Assembly: GCA_963674745.2 (NCBI GenBank)
Contig: CAXXDV010000001.1
Span: 2,016,001-2,080,000, forward strand
Direction: 5' to 3'
Length of the DNA stretch: 64,000 bases
Source of the DNA: Desulfosudaceae bacterium
GTDB taxonomy: Bacteria; Desulfobacterota; Desulfobacteria; Desulfobacterales; Desulfosudaceae
The notes under the pieces: model-generated
Databases searched by the model: none
What the model was told of the DNA's origin: nothing
What the model saw: only the letters and a program-made list of their open reading frames with translations
Part shown: positions 1 to 9,278 of the stretch, one piece after another
Layout: every line of letters begins with the position of its first letter
Position numbering within the stretch: position 1 is the first letter of the stretch
Position numbers and translations under genes: made by a program

Positions 1-69
1 CTTCAAGGCAGGCCCTGATCATGGCCTGCCCGCAGGAGTTGTGTCCAAGGTGATTCGCACATTGAATTT

Positions 70-414
70 TTAGTGGTAGGCGTGGGTGCCGGCCACCACT
101 TTGATACCGAATTTGTCTTCGATCATTTTGGCCAGGTCTTCCGGTTTCATATAGGGACAGCCCGGCTTGGCGTTAACCATGCAGGAACTCAGATGAATCG
201 CGTCGGGTTTCATCTCTAAGGCTTTGAGCGTCATTCCTATATTGGACATAATGGGGCGGCCCGGGCAGTTGCATTTTAAAAAGGCAATTACCTGAGATTC
301 TTCATCAAAAGAACCGTCTCCCATTGTCGCCGCTTTCAGGCATCGCCATTCTCCGGGGCAGCCGTAACCGTCATCCATGTAAGCGCCGCAGGAAACAACC
401 ATCACTTTTTTCAT
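70..414 (-). CDS. CGGC-domain protein (small Cys-rich, putative metal-binding)
   Basis: CPGEWRC, CNCPGR, AIHLSSC, CP and C-terminal GTH motifs; AGGAG RBS upstream. Confidence 0.8.
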   Translation of the reverse strand: MKKVMVVSCGAYMDDGYGCPGEWRCLKAATMGDGSFDEESQVIAFLKCNCPGRPIMSNIGMTLKALEMKPDAIHLSSCMVNAKPGCPYMKPEDLAKMIEDKFGIKVVAGTHAYH

Positions 415-649
415 TTTCCGCTCCTTTCGTTCAATCTGTTTTGATTTTAAATATGAAAAGCTGATCTGTTAAATTTATACAGGAAAAGGTCAGCTTCATG
501 GTTATGAGCATATTCTCAAAAAAATATCAAACACCATTCGCTCCTGTTTGTCAACCGCTTTGCCGGGGAAGCTGCGGATGATTGTATTGAAGTTTAAATT
601 TTCGGGCCGAAGCGATTATGGTGTCAGCCGAGGTCGTTTTTAGATGTCA

Positions 650-1540
650 CTACTTCCATTCATAATCCACCCAGGGGATGGAGCTGTATAACTTGTCATC
701 AATGGAAAGATCCAGCGAGCAGGAACCATGTTCTCCGGCGCCTTTAAATGTAATGGCGATTTTCATATCATCAAAGGTAAGGAAAAGGACTTTAAATTCT
801 TTGACCAGCATATGCATGATGTTGTTTACCGGGTCAACGACTTCGGTTTTTATGTCCAGGTTTTCCCTTTCCGCGATGCTGTGCATAAATCCTTCCACAC
901 ACTGGCTGTAAGGTTCGGTATATTCGATTAAAACGCTTGCGCCGGGGGGCAGTCCGGCCGGGGTCAAGGGCTTGGACGGATAAATACCGACCACCGATAT
1001 GGGGTCACCGGTGGATGCATCGCGCATTTCAACGGTGTCGCGTTTAATGGTAAAGTCCATGCTTCTGGTACACAGGCTCAGCATATCGCCGGCAAATGGT
1101 TTCCACAAAAAAGACGGTATGGCTGGAGAGATCAGATCAAGGTGGATGGCTTTTGACTTCTTCATAGGGCAGGAAAAGGTCACCTGGAAGTGACCGATAA
1201 AAGCGGTGCCCGTATTTTTAATAGTCACAAAACCGGTCCAGTCTTCGAGAAACGGACGAACCGACAGTCCGCTTCTCCGCCGTTCACCGTTCATGACCGC
1301 ACCGCAGTCGGTAAGGACGGCGCTGACCAAAGGCTCCCGGCTTTGGATTTGATCCGGAGTTTCACTGGCAGCCCTTAGATCCTTGGTGGATACCCGGTCG
1401 GCATTGCCGAGAACCATAAGGCATATCAGCGGTAAAATAATTCGTACCGGCTTGAAATAAAGCCTGTTGCTTAAAACATGAAACCGTTTTATCCGGTCCC
1501 TGCTCATTCTGCTGTTTACTAGAATACGTCTCATTGTCAT
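650..1540 (-). CDS. hypothetical protein, possibly exported or membrane-anchored
   Basis: 296-aa ORF with GGAGGAG RBS and an N-terminal hydrophobic stretch; no family recognised. Confidence 0.6.
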   Translation of the reverse strand: MTMRRILVNSRMSRDRIKRFHVLSNRLYFKPVRIILPLICLMVLGNADRVSTKDLRAASETPDQIQSREPLVSAVLTDCGAVMNGERRRSGLSVRPFLEDWTGFVTIKNTGTAFIGHFQVTFSCPMKKSKAIHLDLISPAIPSFLWKPFAGDMLSLCTRSMDFTIKRDTVEMRDASTGDPISVVGIYPSKPLTPAGLPPGASVLIEYTEPYSQCVEGFMHSIAERENLDIKTEVVDPVNNIMHMLVKEFKVLFLTFDDMKIAITFKGAGEHGSCSLDLSIDDKLYSSIPWVDYEWK

Positions 1541-1769
1541 GCTCCTCCTGTACCCCGCTTGACAATATAAATAATCAGCCCCTCAACTGATTCGTACCAT
1601 GATCTTTGTCTGAGCCGAACGGTTCAACCGCCGCAAAAAAGAACATTGTTTATTCAGCCCCCAAACGGAATAAACAAAAAAGTCGCATAGTTTGTCAATT
1701 AAAAATATCAATAGCATCAAATTTATAGACATGAAAACGTATGCCTGAAGGCGGTTTGTCGGACACCTT

Positions 1770-2390
1770 TTAATCCAGCTTCGGCAAAATGGATGCATTA
1801 TAGAAATCAAATAGTTTCTGCCGGAATATTTTGATATTATAAACAATATCAGTCCCAGCCGTATGGCCGGGGTCATCACTGATAATTTTGAAAACATGGC
1901 ACGGGACATTCAATGTCCGGCAGGTCTGTACTACCGATGCCGCTTCCATGTCTACCAGTTCGGCCAGGGCGGATAATCGCTTTCTGTCCTCGGGGGCGAT
2001 CACAGGCCTGTCCCCGGTGGCCAGCACGGCGGTGTCAATCCCATCCATCTGGTCCGGTGAGTGGAAAACCGGCTTGCCGCTAAAGATGTCCGGCCGGTCG
2101 TGTTCGATGATTTTGTCGGCCTGATAGATGGCGCCGGCCGGATGCTTGGTGTCCAGGGCCCCGGCCGCGCCTATATTTATTACAGTTTTCGGCGAAAAAC
2201 CCAGAAAGCCGTAGCAGGCCGCCCCCGCTGCGTGGGTTTTTCCGATACCGGAAATGATCAGTACCTGATGTGCGTTTTTAAATACTAAAAACGGTTTTTC
2301 GCACAACTGTTCCAGGCCAAGACCGGATACAAACGGCTTTGCTTCCAGCATGGTGGCCATGACTAAAAGTTTTACAGAACGTTCGCCCAT
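1770..2390 (-). CDS. MTA/SAH nucleosidase-family protein, probable (amino)futalosine hydrolase (MqnB step)
   Basis: SGIGK, NIGAAGAL, DMEAAS and KIISD motifs; last gene of the mqn cluster; start uncertain. Confidence 0.75.
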   Translation of the reverse strand: MGERSVKLLVMATMLEAKPFVSGLGLEQLCEKPFLVFKNAHQVLIISGIGKTHAAGAACYGFLGFSPKTVINIGAAGALDTKHPAGAIYQADKIIEHDRPDIFSGKPVFHSPDQMDGIDTAVLATGDRPVIAPEDRKRLSALAELVDMEAASVVQTCRTLNVPCHVFKIISDDPGHTAGTDIVYNIKIFRQKLFDFYNASILPKLD

Positions 2391-3172
2391 CGGGCCATTT
2401 CCTCCAATTTGGCAATCGCACGCCGTCCCATTTCTCCCAACCCCAGAGAGAACTCATTTACATACAGTTTGATATGTTCGGCAATAACATTGTCATCGAT
2501 TTCCTGGGCGTGTTTTTTTATATAATTACGGGATTCTTCCGGATGATTGAAGGCATAGTGGATAGAGTCTTTCAGCGCTGTCTGGACGGCCGGTTTATGC
2601 TCGATGGTCGGGCTGGAATTTTTTATGGCAATGCATCCCAGCGGAATCGGCAGGCCGGTCCGTTCTTCCCACCATTGGCCGAGATCCACGATTTCCCGGC
2701 AACCATATTCCTGGTAAACAAACCGGCCCTCGTGAATGATCAGTCCGGCGTCATAGGCGCCCTCGGCCACGCCCTTTAAAATGTTGTCAAAGCGGGTGAC
2801 AACAGTGTTATGGGCGTTCAGGTTCCATAATTTCAAAAGCAGGTTGGCCGTAGTCAGCGCGCCGGGAATGGCGATGGTCGCCTCAGGTGTGAAGGCTTCC
2901 GGGTTTTTGGCCACCAGCAACGGACCGCAGCCGAAGCCCAGGGCCGCGCCGGAATCCAGCAGGGTATATTGATCTTTTAATTTCAGGTACGCGAAAAAAG
3001 AGAGTTTGGTGATGTCAAAACGCTCGGAAAAAGCGAAAATATTTAGCGCGCCGATGTCGTGCAGGTGGGGCGTGAAGGTCAATCCGCCGTTATCCGTTAA
3101 TCCCTGAACCATGGCGTGAAACATGAATGTATCGTTGGGGCAGGGCGAGAAGGCCAGATCGAGTTGCGTCAT
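2372..3172 (-). CDS. mqnD: 1,4-dihydroxy-6-naphthoate synthase
   Basis: FSPCPNDTF, GAALGFGCGPLLV, GLIIHEGRF, LPIPLG and HIKLYVNEFS motifs. Confidence 0.93.
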   Translation of the reverse strand: MTQLDLAFSPCPNDTFMFHAMVQGLTDNGGLTFTPHLHDIGALNIFAFSERFDITKLSFFAYLKLKDQYTLLDSGAALGFGCGPLLVAKNPEAFTPEATIAIPGALTTANLLLKLWNLNAHNTVVTRFDNILKGVAEGAYDAGLIIHEGRFVYQEYGCREIVDLGQWWEERTGLPIPLGCIAIKNSSPTIEHKPAVQTALKDSIHYAFNHPEESRNYIKKHAQEIDDNVIAEHIKLYVNEFSLGLGEMGRRAIAKLEEMARWANVL

Positions 3173-3891
3173 GACACGTCCTTTTTAGCGGTAATGATTG
3201 CCGCCACGCCGAAGCATTGGGGAATCACCCTGGTGGCTTTAAATCCGTGTCCGGATAACATTTCTTTGATTTCCTCCGGCCGGATAAAAGTGGAAATGGT
3301 CCCGGCCAGATACTGATAGGCTTCAGGGTGGCCCGACACCAGGCCGCCGATTATCGGCAGCAGCCGGGTCAGGTAAAAGGTATAGCCGAAATTTATCAAA
3401 GCGTTCCGGGGTCGTGTCAGTTCCAGGATAACCAGCTCACCTCCGGGTGCCAGTACGCGGAAGACTTCGTCCATGAACACATTAATATCGGGAATGTTGC
3501 GAATGCCGAAAGCGATTGTGGCCACGGCAAAAGTATTGTCAACAAACGGCAGGCAGGTCGCGTCCCCGGCCACGGGAAAGCGGGTGATGGCTTGTTTGGC
3601 AACACCCCTTTCCAGCATGGGCAGGGAAAAATCCAGCGAAACCACAGACGCGCCCCGGCCGGTCATCAGGCGGGACAGGTCGCCGGTGCCGCAGGCCATG
3701 TCTATTACGGTTTTATCGTTTATGCTTTGAATATGCTTAAAAATGTTTTTTCGCCAGAGGATATCCGTGCCGAACGACAACATGTGGTTGAGCAGGTCAT
3801 AGGTGGGCACGATCCTGTCGAACAGGGAACGGATAAACCGTTTTCTTTCCTGCGGTGACTGGTTGTTGATCTGGTAGGTATAGTCAGGCAT
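3169..3891 (-). CDS. ubiE: demethylmenaquinone methyltransferase (UbiE/MenG family)
   Basis: YDLLNHMLSFG, DMACGTGD and FGIRN motifs. Confidence 0.9.
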   Translation of the reverse strand: MPDYTYQINNQSPQERKRFIRSLFDRIVPTYDLLNHMLSFGTDILWRKNIFKHIQSINDKTVIDMACGTGDLSRLMTGRGASVVSLDFSLPMLERGVAKQAITRFPVAGDATCLPFVDNTFAVATIAFGIRNIPDINVFMDEVFRVLAPGGELVILELTRPRNALINFGYTFYLTRLLPIIGGLVSGHPEAYQYLAGTISTFIRPEEIKEMLSGHGFKATRVIPQCFGVAAIITAKKDVS

Positions 3892-3899
3892 ATTTTAAA

Positions 3900-4122
3900 A
3901 AGGGTTCAAGGGGTCGAGGATTCAAGTGGTTTAAGGATAACCAGACCATCAATTTACAACTCCGTTTGCTGATTTTTTGAGATTGTAACAGTGGTTACGA
4001 AAAAATTTCAATCACTTTCAGTTATTTTTGCTCGGGCTTATTGGTCCAACAATGACCTTTTAATAAAATCTTTCAGTGGTTCCACCCCTCGACCCCTTGA
4101 ATCCTTGGCCCCTTGAACCCTT
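3900..4122. mobile_element. MITE-like element with ~30-bp terminal inverted repeats built from 8-nt units
   Basis: Left arm AAGGGTTCAAGGGGTCGAGGATTCAAGTGG (3900-3929) matches the reverse complement of 4093-4122 with 3 mismatches; AT-rich interior with no long ORF. Confidence 0.6.
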
Positions 4123-4170
4123 AGGGGTTACGGGTGTCATGCCTTACGTTAACCTGATCCAGAACTTTTG

Positions 4171-5229
4171 CTAAAACTTTTGCACAGTCCGGTACAGCGA
4201 ATCCCTTTGCACCGGTTTTTTCCCCGTGCTACGGATCAGCGAAATCATTTCATCACGGGTGGTCTGCGTTTCAATGCCGGTTGCTTTGACGACCACCTCT
4301 TCGGTCAGCACGCCGCCCATGTCATTGGCACCGAAAGAAAGCGCGATCTGGCCCAGGCGCAGGCCTTCGGTCAGCCAGCCGGCCTGGATATAGCGGATAT
4401 TGTCCAGAAAGATGCGGGCAATGGCCACAATTTTCAGATAATCCACGCCTGTTGCCGGTATAATGTGGCTCAACCGGGTGCGGGCCGGTGAAAAAGACCA
4501 GGGGATGAAGGCCTGGAGGTTGCCGGTCCGGTCGGCCACCTTGCGGACCACCGCCAGGTGGGTGATTTTTTCTTTGTCGGTTTCGCCCATACCGTAGGTC
4601 ATGGTGGCCGAAGAGGGGAGCCCCTCTTCGGCCAGGCAGAATTGCACCTCGCACCATTGGGCCACGGTCAGCTTGTTGGGGCTGACTGCCTGACGGATGC
4701 GGTCCACCAGCAGGTCTGAAGCGCCGGGCATGGAGTCCAGACCGGCGGCTTTCAGGGCGCTGATCACCTCCCGCAGGTGTATCCGCTCTTTTTGGGCGAT
4801 GTGAACCACTTCGGCCGGTGAAAATGAATGCAGCCAGATGTGGGGAAACCGGGCTTTGACGGTTTCAACCAACTCTATATATCGTTTCAAATCATAATCC
4901 GGGTGTAGTCCGCCCTGGAGCATTACCTGGGTGCCGCCCGCTTCGACCAGTTCCTCGATTTTGTCGAGAATTTCTTCCAGCCCCATCTCATAAGGCGCGA
5001 TCAATTCGGCCCGGGCATGAAAGGCGCAAAAGGCGCAACAGGCCCGGCATATGTTGGTGAAATTGATTATCCGGTCCACGATAAAGCCGATGGTGTCTTC
5101 GGGATGGGCCAGGTGCGTCCGGAAATCCGCGGCCCGACCCAAATCAAGCAGGTCCCAGGAAAACAGCTTCAGCGCCTCTTCATCGTTCAATCGCTGCCCG
5201 TCATATATTTTTTTTAATAACCTGTCCAT
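4171..5229 (-). CDS. mqnC: cyclic dehypoxanthinyl futalosine synthase (radical SAM)
   Basis: INFTNICRACCAFCAF, QVMLQGGLHP, AFIPWSF and GANDMGG motifs; operon context. Confidence 0.88.
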   Translation of the reverse strand: MDRLLKKIYDGQRLNDEEALKLFSWDLLDLGRAADFRTHLAHPEDTIGFIVDRIINFTNICRACCAFCAFHARAELIAPYEMGLEEILDKIEELVEAGGTQVMLQGGLHPDYDLKRYIELVETVKARFPHIWLHSFSPAEVVHIAQKERIHLREVISALKAAGLDSMPGASDLLVDRIRQAVSPNKLTVAQWCEVQFCLAEEGLPSSATMTYGMGETDKEKITHLAVVRKVADRTGNLQAFIPWSFSPARTRLSHIIPATGVDYLKIVAIARIFLDNIRYIQAGWLTEGLRLGQIALSFGANDMGGVLTEEVVVKATGIETQTTRDEMISLIRSTGKKPVQRDSLYRTVQKF

Positions 5230-5236
5230 TCGACCT

Positions 5237-5302
5237 TAAAACCTTAATATGTAAAACCTGAAACCTTTAACCCTCAGCCCGTCAATCCTTAACCACATAA
5301 TT
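5237..5302. repeat. degenerate 7-8-nt repeat array (TAAAACCT/TAACCACA type)
   Basis: taaaacct ... taaaacct ... tcaatcct taaccaca taat. Confidence 0.55.
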
Positions 5303-5321
5303 AAACGCCGAACCTGTAGAA

Positions 5322-5585
5322 TCAACCCGCTCCAATTATATGCTTTTTGTATTGCAGGTAAATCCAGTGAAATGTCAGGATCGTCACAACCAAAGCGGTT
5401 ACAATGGATAAACCGGTAATTATTCCAGCAGCCGTTGACCCTAACAGCAGGTAAAACAGGCCCCCGTAAAAAAACCCAATGACCACCCAAAACAATCTGA
5501 AAAAGGTGATAAAGAGAATGGGAGACAAACACCAGAACAATATTTTCAGTGTTTTTTTTTCGTCCATCAATGACATCGATATCAA
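5322..5585 (-). CDS. small hypothetical membrane protein
   Basis: 87-aa strongly hydrophobic, AT-rich ORF between mqnA and mqnC; start uncertain. Confidence 0.5.
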   Translation of the reverse strand: MISMSLMDEKKTLKILFWCLSPILFITFFRLFWVVIGFFYGGLFYLLLGSTAAGIITGLSIVTALVVTILTFHWIYLQYKKHIIGAG

Positions 5586-5630
5586 GCCGCATTAAAATTT
5601 TTTTTGATTTTAGCGGTGCCCGTTATTCTC

Positions 5631-5732
5631 TAAACACATAACCAACTAACCACCTAAAACCTAAAACTTTAAAACCCGGCCTATCAACCCCTCAATCCTT
5701 AACCACATAATCACTTAATCACATAACCACAT
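5631..5732. repeat. octamer tandem repeat array TAA(C/T)CAC(A/T/C)
   Basis: taaacaca taaccaac taaccacc ... taaccaca taatcact taatcaca taaccaca. Confidence 0.75.
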
Positions 5733-5735
5733 CTG

Positions 5736-6548
5736 TTATTCAAAAAATCGCAACTCCCGCACCGGCTTGATCAGTCCCAATCCTGAGGCCTGTTCAAAAT
5801 AAAACATCAGCGCCGCCTTGAGCCGGTCGGTAAATTCAAATTTAAGGGTTTTATAGTATTCATCCAGGTCGTATAACACATCGTCATATTTTTGCGCAGC
5901 CTTGCGAATAATCAGATCTCTCTGGTTTCTCAAGCAACCCAGGGATAAATGATAGGAGTCGATAACCGTTTTGACCTGTGGCAGATAACGGTCTGTTGCC
6001 TGTCTGCGTACGGCAAATACCGCGAACACAACGGGATAGCCCGTTTTTCTCAGCCACAGGTCCCCCAGGTCATAACGGTAGGGCACCGGCCGGGTGGCGC
6101 AGACCATGGCATCGTTGCCGATCAGCAGGGCCGCATCCAGCCCTTCCAGGCTCGGTCGGGGGGTGGTGGTGACATAGGTCGGGTCGGCCTGGTAATAGGC
6201 TTTCAGCAATGTTTTTAACAGCACTGCCGATGTGTGGGAGGCGCTGGTCACCCCCACGGTTTTTCCGTCCAGTTCTTCAATGGGGCACCGGGCGGCCAGG
6301 GTAACCGACCCCACGTAACCGATAGAACTGAGGCAGAAGTCGGGCAGCACCATGATATCATTGCAGATATCGGCGCAGGTCGCCGAAGAGACGGGGCTCA
6401 TGTCCAGGTCACCGGCGGCCATCAGGGTATTTAGTTTGCCCGGATAGCCCGGGACCACCGTTACATTGTCAAGCGGCACCTGTTCAAACATGTGGTAGTA
6501 GAACGGGTAGCAGTTTAAAAAATCGATATAGCCGAGTTTCATTGTCAA
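5736..6548 (-). CDS. mqnA: chorismate dehydratase
   Basis: GYIDFLNCYP, SHTSAVLLK, LLIGNDA, DLGDLW and PVVFAVF motifs. Confidence 0.9.
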   Translation of the reverse strand: MTMKLGYIDFLNCYPFYYHMFEQVPLDNVTVVPGYPGKLNTLMAAGDLDMSPVSSATCADICNDIMVLPDFCLSSIGYVGSVTLAARCPIEELDGKTVGVTSASHTSAVLLKTLLKAYYQADPTYVTTTPRPSLEGLDAALLIGNDAMVCATRPVPYRYDLGDLWLRKTGYPVVFAVFAVRRQATDRYLPQVKTVIDSYHLSLGCLRNQRDLIIRKAAQKYDDVLYDLDEYYKTLKFEFTDRLKAALMFYFEQASGLGLIKPVRELRFFE

Positions 6549-7627
6549 TATCCTGCGGTTACTCTTTCTGGTATAAACCCCGCGTTTTCAATCAGTCGTC
6601 TTAAAAACGCCTCGGACCCGTAATCCGGCGTGGTGGCACCGGCGGCATGAACCACTTTTTCCTGGTGATAGGTGCCCCCGATATCGTCTACCCCGAAGTT
6701 CTGCATCACCTGGCCGACCTTGTCACCTAAATACATCCAAAGTCCCTTAATATGGGGGACATTATGCAGAACAATCCGGGACGCGGCATAAATTCGGATA
6801 TCATTATACCCGCTTGAATCGGTTTTCTCCTTGATCTGCGTATTCTCTCCATGAAAGCGTAACGGCACAAAAGTTTTAAACCCGCCGGTCTGGTCTTGAA
6901 GCCGGCGTATCCGCAGCAGGTGATCAGCGATGTTGCCCGAGCTTTCCAGATGATTATAAAGCATGGTGGCATTGGTTTTCAGGCCCAGCCTGTGGGCGAT
7001 GCCCATGACTTCCAGCCAGCGGTCTCCGGAAATTTTTTTAGGTGCGATTCTTCTTCTGACATCAGGCGAAAAAATTTCCGCGCCGCCGCCGGGGATAGCG
7101 TTGACCCCGGCGTCAATCAGCCGTTTGAGCACCTGCTCCACGGACAAATCGCTTTTATGCGCGAAATAATCATATTCCACGGCCGTAAAAGCCACGATGT
7201 ACAGGTCAGGACCGGTTTGCCGCACGGTTTTAATCATCTTCTCCGCGTAATCAAGGTCAAGGTCCGGATGAAGCCCGCCCACGATGTGGATTTCATCAAG
7301 GCCGTCTGTCACTGCTGCGGAGACGGCCTGTTCGATCTCTTCCAGACTGAGCAGATAAGCGCCTTCCTCTCCCGGGTCTTTGGAAAAAGCGCATAACGGG
7401 CAGCGCAGAACACAGATGTTGGTGTAGTTCAGGTTCCGGTTGATCCCATAGAAGGTGGTCCGGCCGTGCAGTCGCGTGCGGATATGATGGGCCATGGCGC
7501 CCAGGTCAAGAATGTCGTTGCAGGTCAGCATGGTCAGGGCGTCGGCCGAAGACACCGGCCGCTGCTCCACGATTTTTCGGGCAATGCTTCTCAAATCGCG
7601 GTTTTTGATGATATCAGGCAAAGACAT
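6545..7627 (-). CDS. mqnE: aminofutalosine synthase (radical SAM)
   Basis: NYTNICVLRCPLCAF, EIHIVGGLHP, PGGGAEIF, NATMLY and LQDQTGGF motifs. Confidence 0.88.
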   Translation of the reverse strand: MSLPDIIKNRDLRSIARKIVEQRPVSSADALTMLTCNDILDLGAMAHHIRTRLHGRTTFYGINRNLNYTNICVLRCPLCAFSKDPGEEGAYLLSLEEIEQAVSAAVTDGLDEIHIVGGLHPDLDLDYAEKMIKTVRQTGPDLYIVAFTAVEYDYFAHKSDLSVEQVLKRLIDAGVNAIPGGGAEIFSPDVRRRIAPKKISGDRWLEVMGIAHRLGLKTNATMLYNHLESSGNIADHLLRIRRLQDQTGGFKTFVPLRFHGENTQIKEKTDSSGYNDIRIYAASRIVLHNVPHIKGLWMYLGDKVGQVMQNFGVDDIGGTYHQEKVVHAAGATTPDYGSEAFLRRLIENAGFIPERVTAGY

Positions 7628-7681
7628 TGTTTTCTTTCGTCATTGCCCGAATCGATCGGGCAATCCAGAATAAAATCGGTT

Positions 7682-8287
7682 TTATTGTACTTCTTCGGTT
7701 CCCCATTCAGGGAAGAGCGCGTGCGGCTTGCCTAAAAGGTTCAAAACCTTTCCCACCACGAAATTCACCACGTCTTCCACGGTCTTTGGCCGGGTGTAAA
7801 ATCCGGGCACCGGCGGCAGCACTTCCACCCCTGCTTTTGCCACCTGGTACATGTTTTTAATATGAATCAGGTTTAACGGTGTTTCCCGGGGGACGATGAT
7901 ACAGCGCCGTTTTTCCTTCAGGGCCACGTCACAGATCCTGTTGATCAGGGTGTCGGCATACCCGCCGGCCATGGCGGCCATTGTTTTCATGGAACAGGGC
8001 ATCACCACCACGGCCTCAAAATTCGCGGTGCCACTGGCCACCGGCGCGAAAAAGTCGTTGTTATCAAATTCCTTCAGCCCCGACCGGTCCGGCACCCGGT
8101 TCCGTTGCTTGATGATATTCCTGATGCCGGTGAAAGGCGTGTTTGATCTGAGCACTTCATGCATAATGATCTGCCGGGCGGCCGGCGAGACCACAGCCAT
8201 GACCTCTTCGTTTAAGAGCAGTAACTCCTCGATCAGGCGAATGCCCATGATCGGCCCACTGGCCCCTGAAATCCCCACAACAATCAT
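7682..8287 (-). CDS. ubiX: flavin prenyltransferase
   Basis: GISGASG, APVASG, PCSMKT, PRETP and PGFY motifs. Confidence 0.93.
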   Translation of the reverse strand: MIVVGISGASGPIMGIRLIEELLLLNEEVMAVVSPAARQIIMHEVLRSNTPFTGIRNIIKQRNRVPDRSGLKEFDNNDFFAPVASGTANFEAVVVMPCSMKTMAAMAGGYADTLINRICDVALKEKRRCIIVPRETPLNLIHIKNMYQVAKAGVEVLPPVPGFYTRPKTVEDVVNFVVGKVLNLLGKPHALFPEWGTEEVQ

Positions 8288-8398
8288 TCCTTACTCCTTC
8301 CTTCTTCACCAAACATGTAAAAACTGAATTCAGAAAAATAACCTTTCCCCAATTCCGGACAATATTTGCCCCGATAGGACAGGCACCATCAACTGATT

Positions 8399-8430
8399 TA
8401 ATCACCTAACCACTTAACCACATAATCACC
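8399..8430. repeat. octamer tandem repeat, 4 units
   Basis: taatcacc taaccact taaccaca taatcacc, just downstream of the ubiA-family stop codon. Confidence 0.75.
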
Positions 8431-8438
8431 TGTCGCGT

Positions 8439-9278
8439 TCAAACCCAAAGATCCATCAATGCACCGACAAATAATATCGGCGCGATATACCCATTGATTT
8501 TGAATATTTTTCCCACCGCCGGACCGGCCTCGGCCTGCCTGGCCAGTGACTGTTGATAAAAGAAAATCCCAGCGATCACCACCAGGGCGACCCAGTACGG
8601 TCCGCTCTGTCCGGACATCATTCCGGCCAGAATCATGGCTGCCATGGACACGGCATAACACACGGCCGATACCCTCAACGACCGGTCCCGGCCAAGGCTC
8701 ACCGGCAGGGAATACAGATTCTGCTCGCGGTCAAAATCCATGTCCTGCAGGGCGTACACAATATCAAGCCCGGCAATCCAGGCCAGGATAATCAGGCCCA
8801 GTATGACCGCCAGAAAGGTGACTTCGCCGGTTACGGCCAGATACCCGCCGATGGGCGCGGCCGCTTCGATCAGGCCCAGGTAAAAATGAGAGGTCGATGA
8901 AAAGCGTTTGAAAAAAGAGTACGTCAATAAAAGGAATACGCCCAGAAACGACAGGTAAAAACACAGGGGGTTGAGCATCCAGGCCGAAAAAACAAATATC
9001 AGGCAGGCCGCCACAGCCGCCAGCCAGACCGCCTTCGGGCTGACTTCTCCCTTTGGTAGCGCCCGGTCGGCCGTACGCGGATTTTTAGCGTCAATGCCGG
9101 CGTCAATCACCCGGTTAAAAGACATGCCTGCTGTCCGGGCCGCGGCCAGGGCAACCGTCACCCAGAGCCAGGTTCCGACCGTTCCCCCGCCGGCAAACAG
9201 CACCCCCAGCAGGGCAAAGGGCAGGGCGAACAGGGTCTGTTCGATCATGATAACCTTGGAAAATGTTTTAAAATCCAT
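8439..9278 (-). CDS. ubiA: UbiA-family polyprenyltransferase (MqnP-like)
   Basis: ARTAGMSFNRVIDAGIDAKNPRTADR and DIVYALQD motifs; probable start MDFKTF at 9278 overlapping the ubiD end. Confidence 0.9.
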   Translation of the reverse strand: MDFKTFSKVIMIEQTLFALPFALLGVLFAGGGTVGTWLWVTVALAAARTAGMSFNRVIDAGIDAKNPRTADRALPKGEVSPKAVWLAAVAACLIFVFSAWMLNPLCFYLSFLGVFLLLTYSFFKRFSSTSHFYLGLIEAAAPIGGYLAVTGEVTFLAVILGLIILAWIAGLDIVYALQDMDFDREQNLYSLPVSLGRDRSLRVSAVCYAVSMAAMILAGMMSGQSGPYWVALVVIAGIFFYQQSLARQAEAGPAVGKIFKINGYIAPILFVGALMDLWV

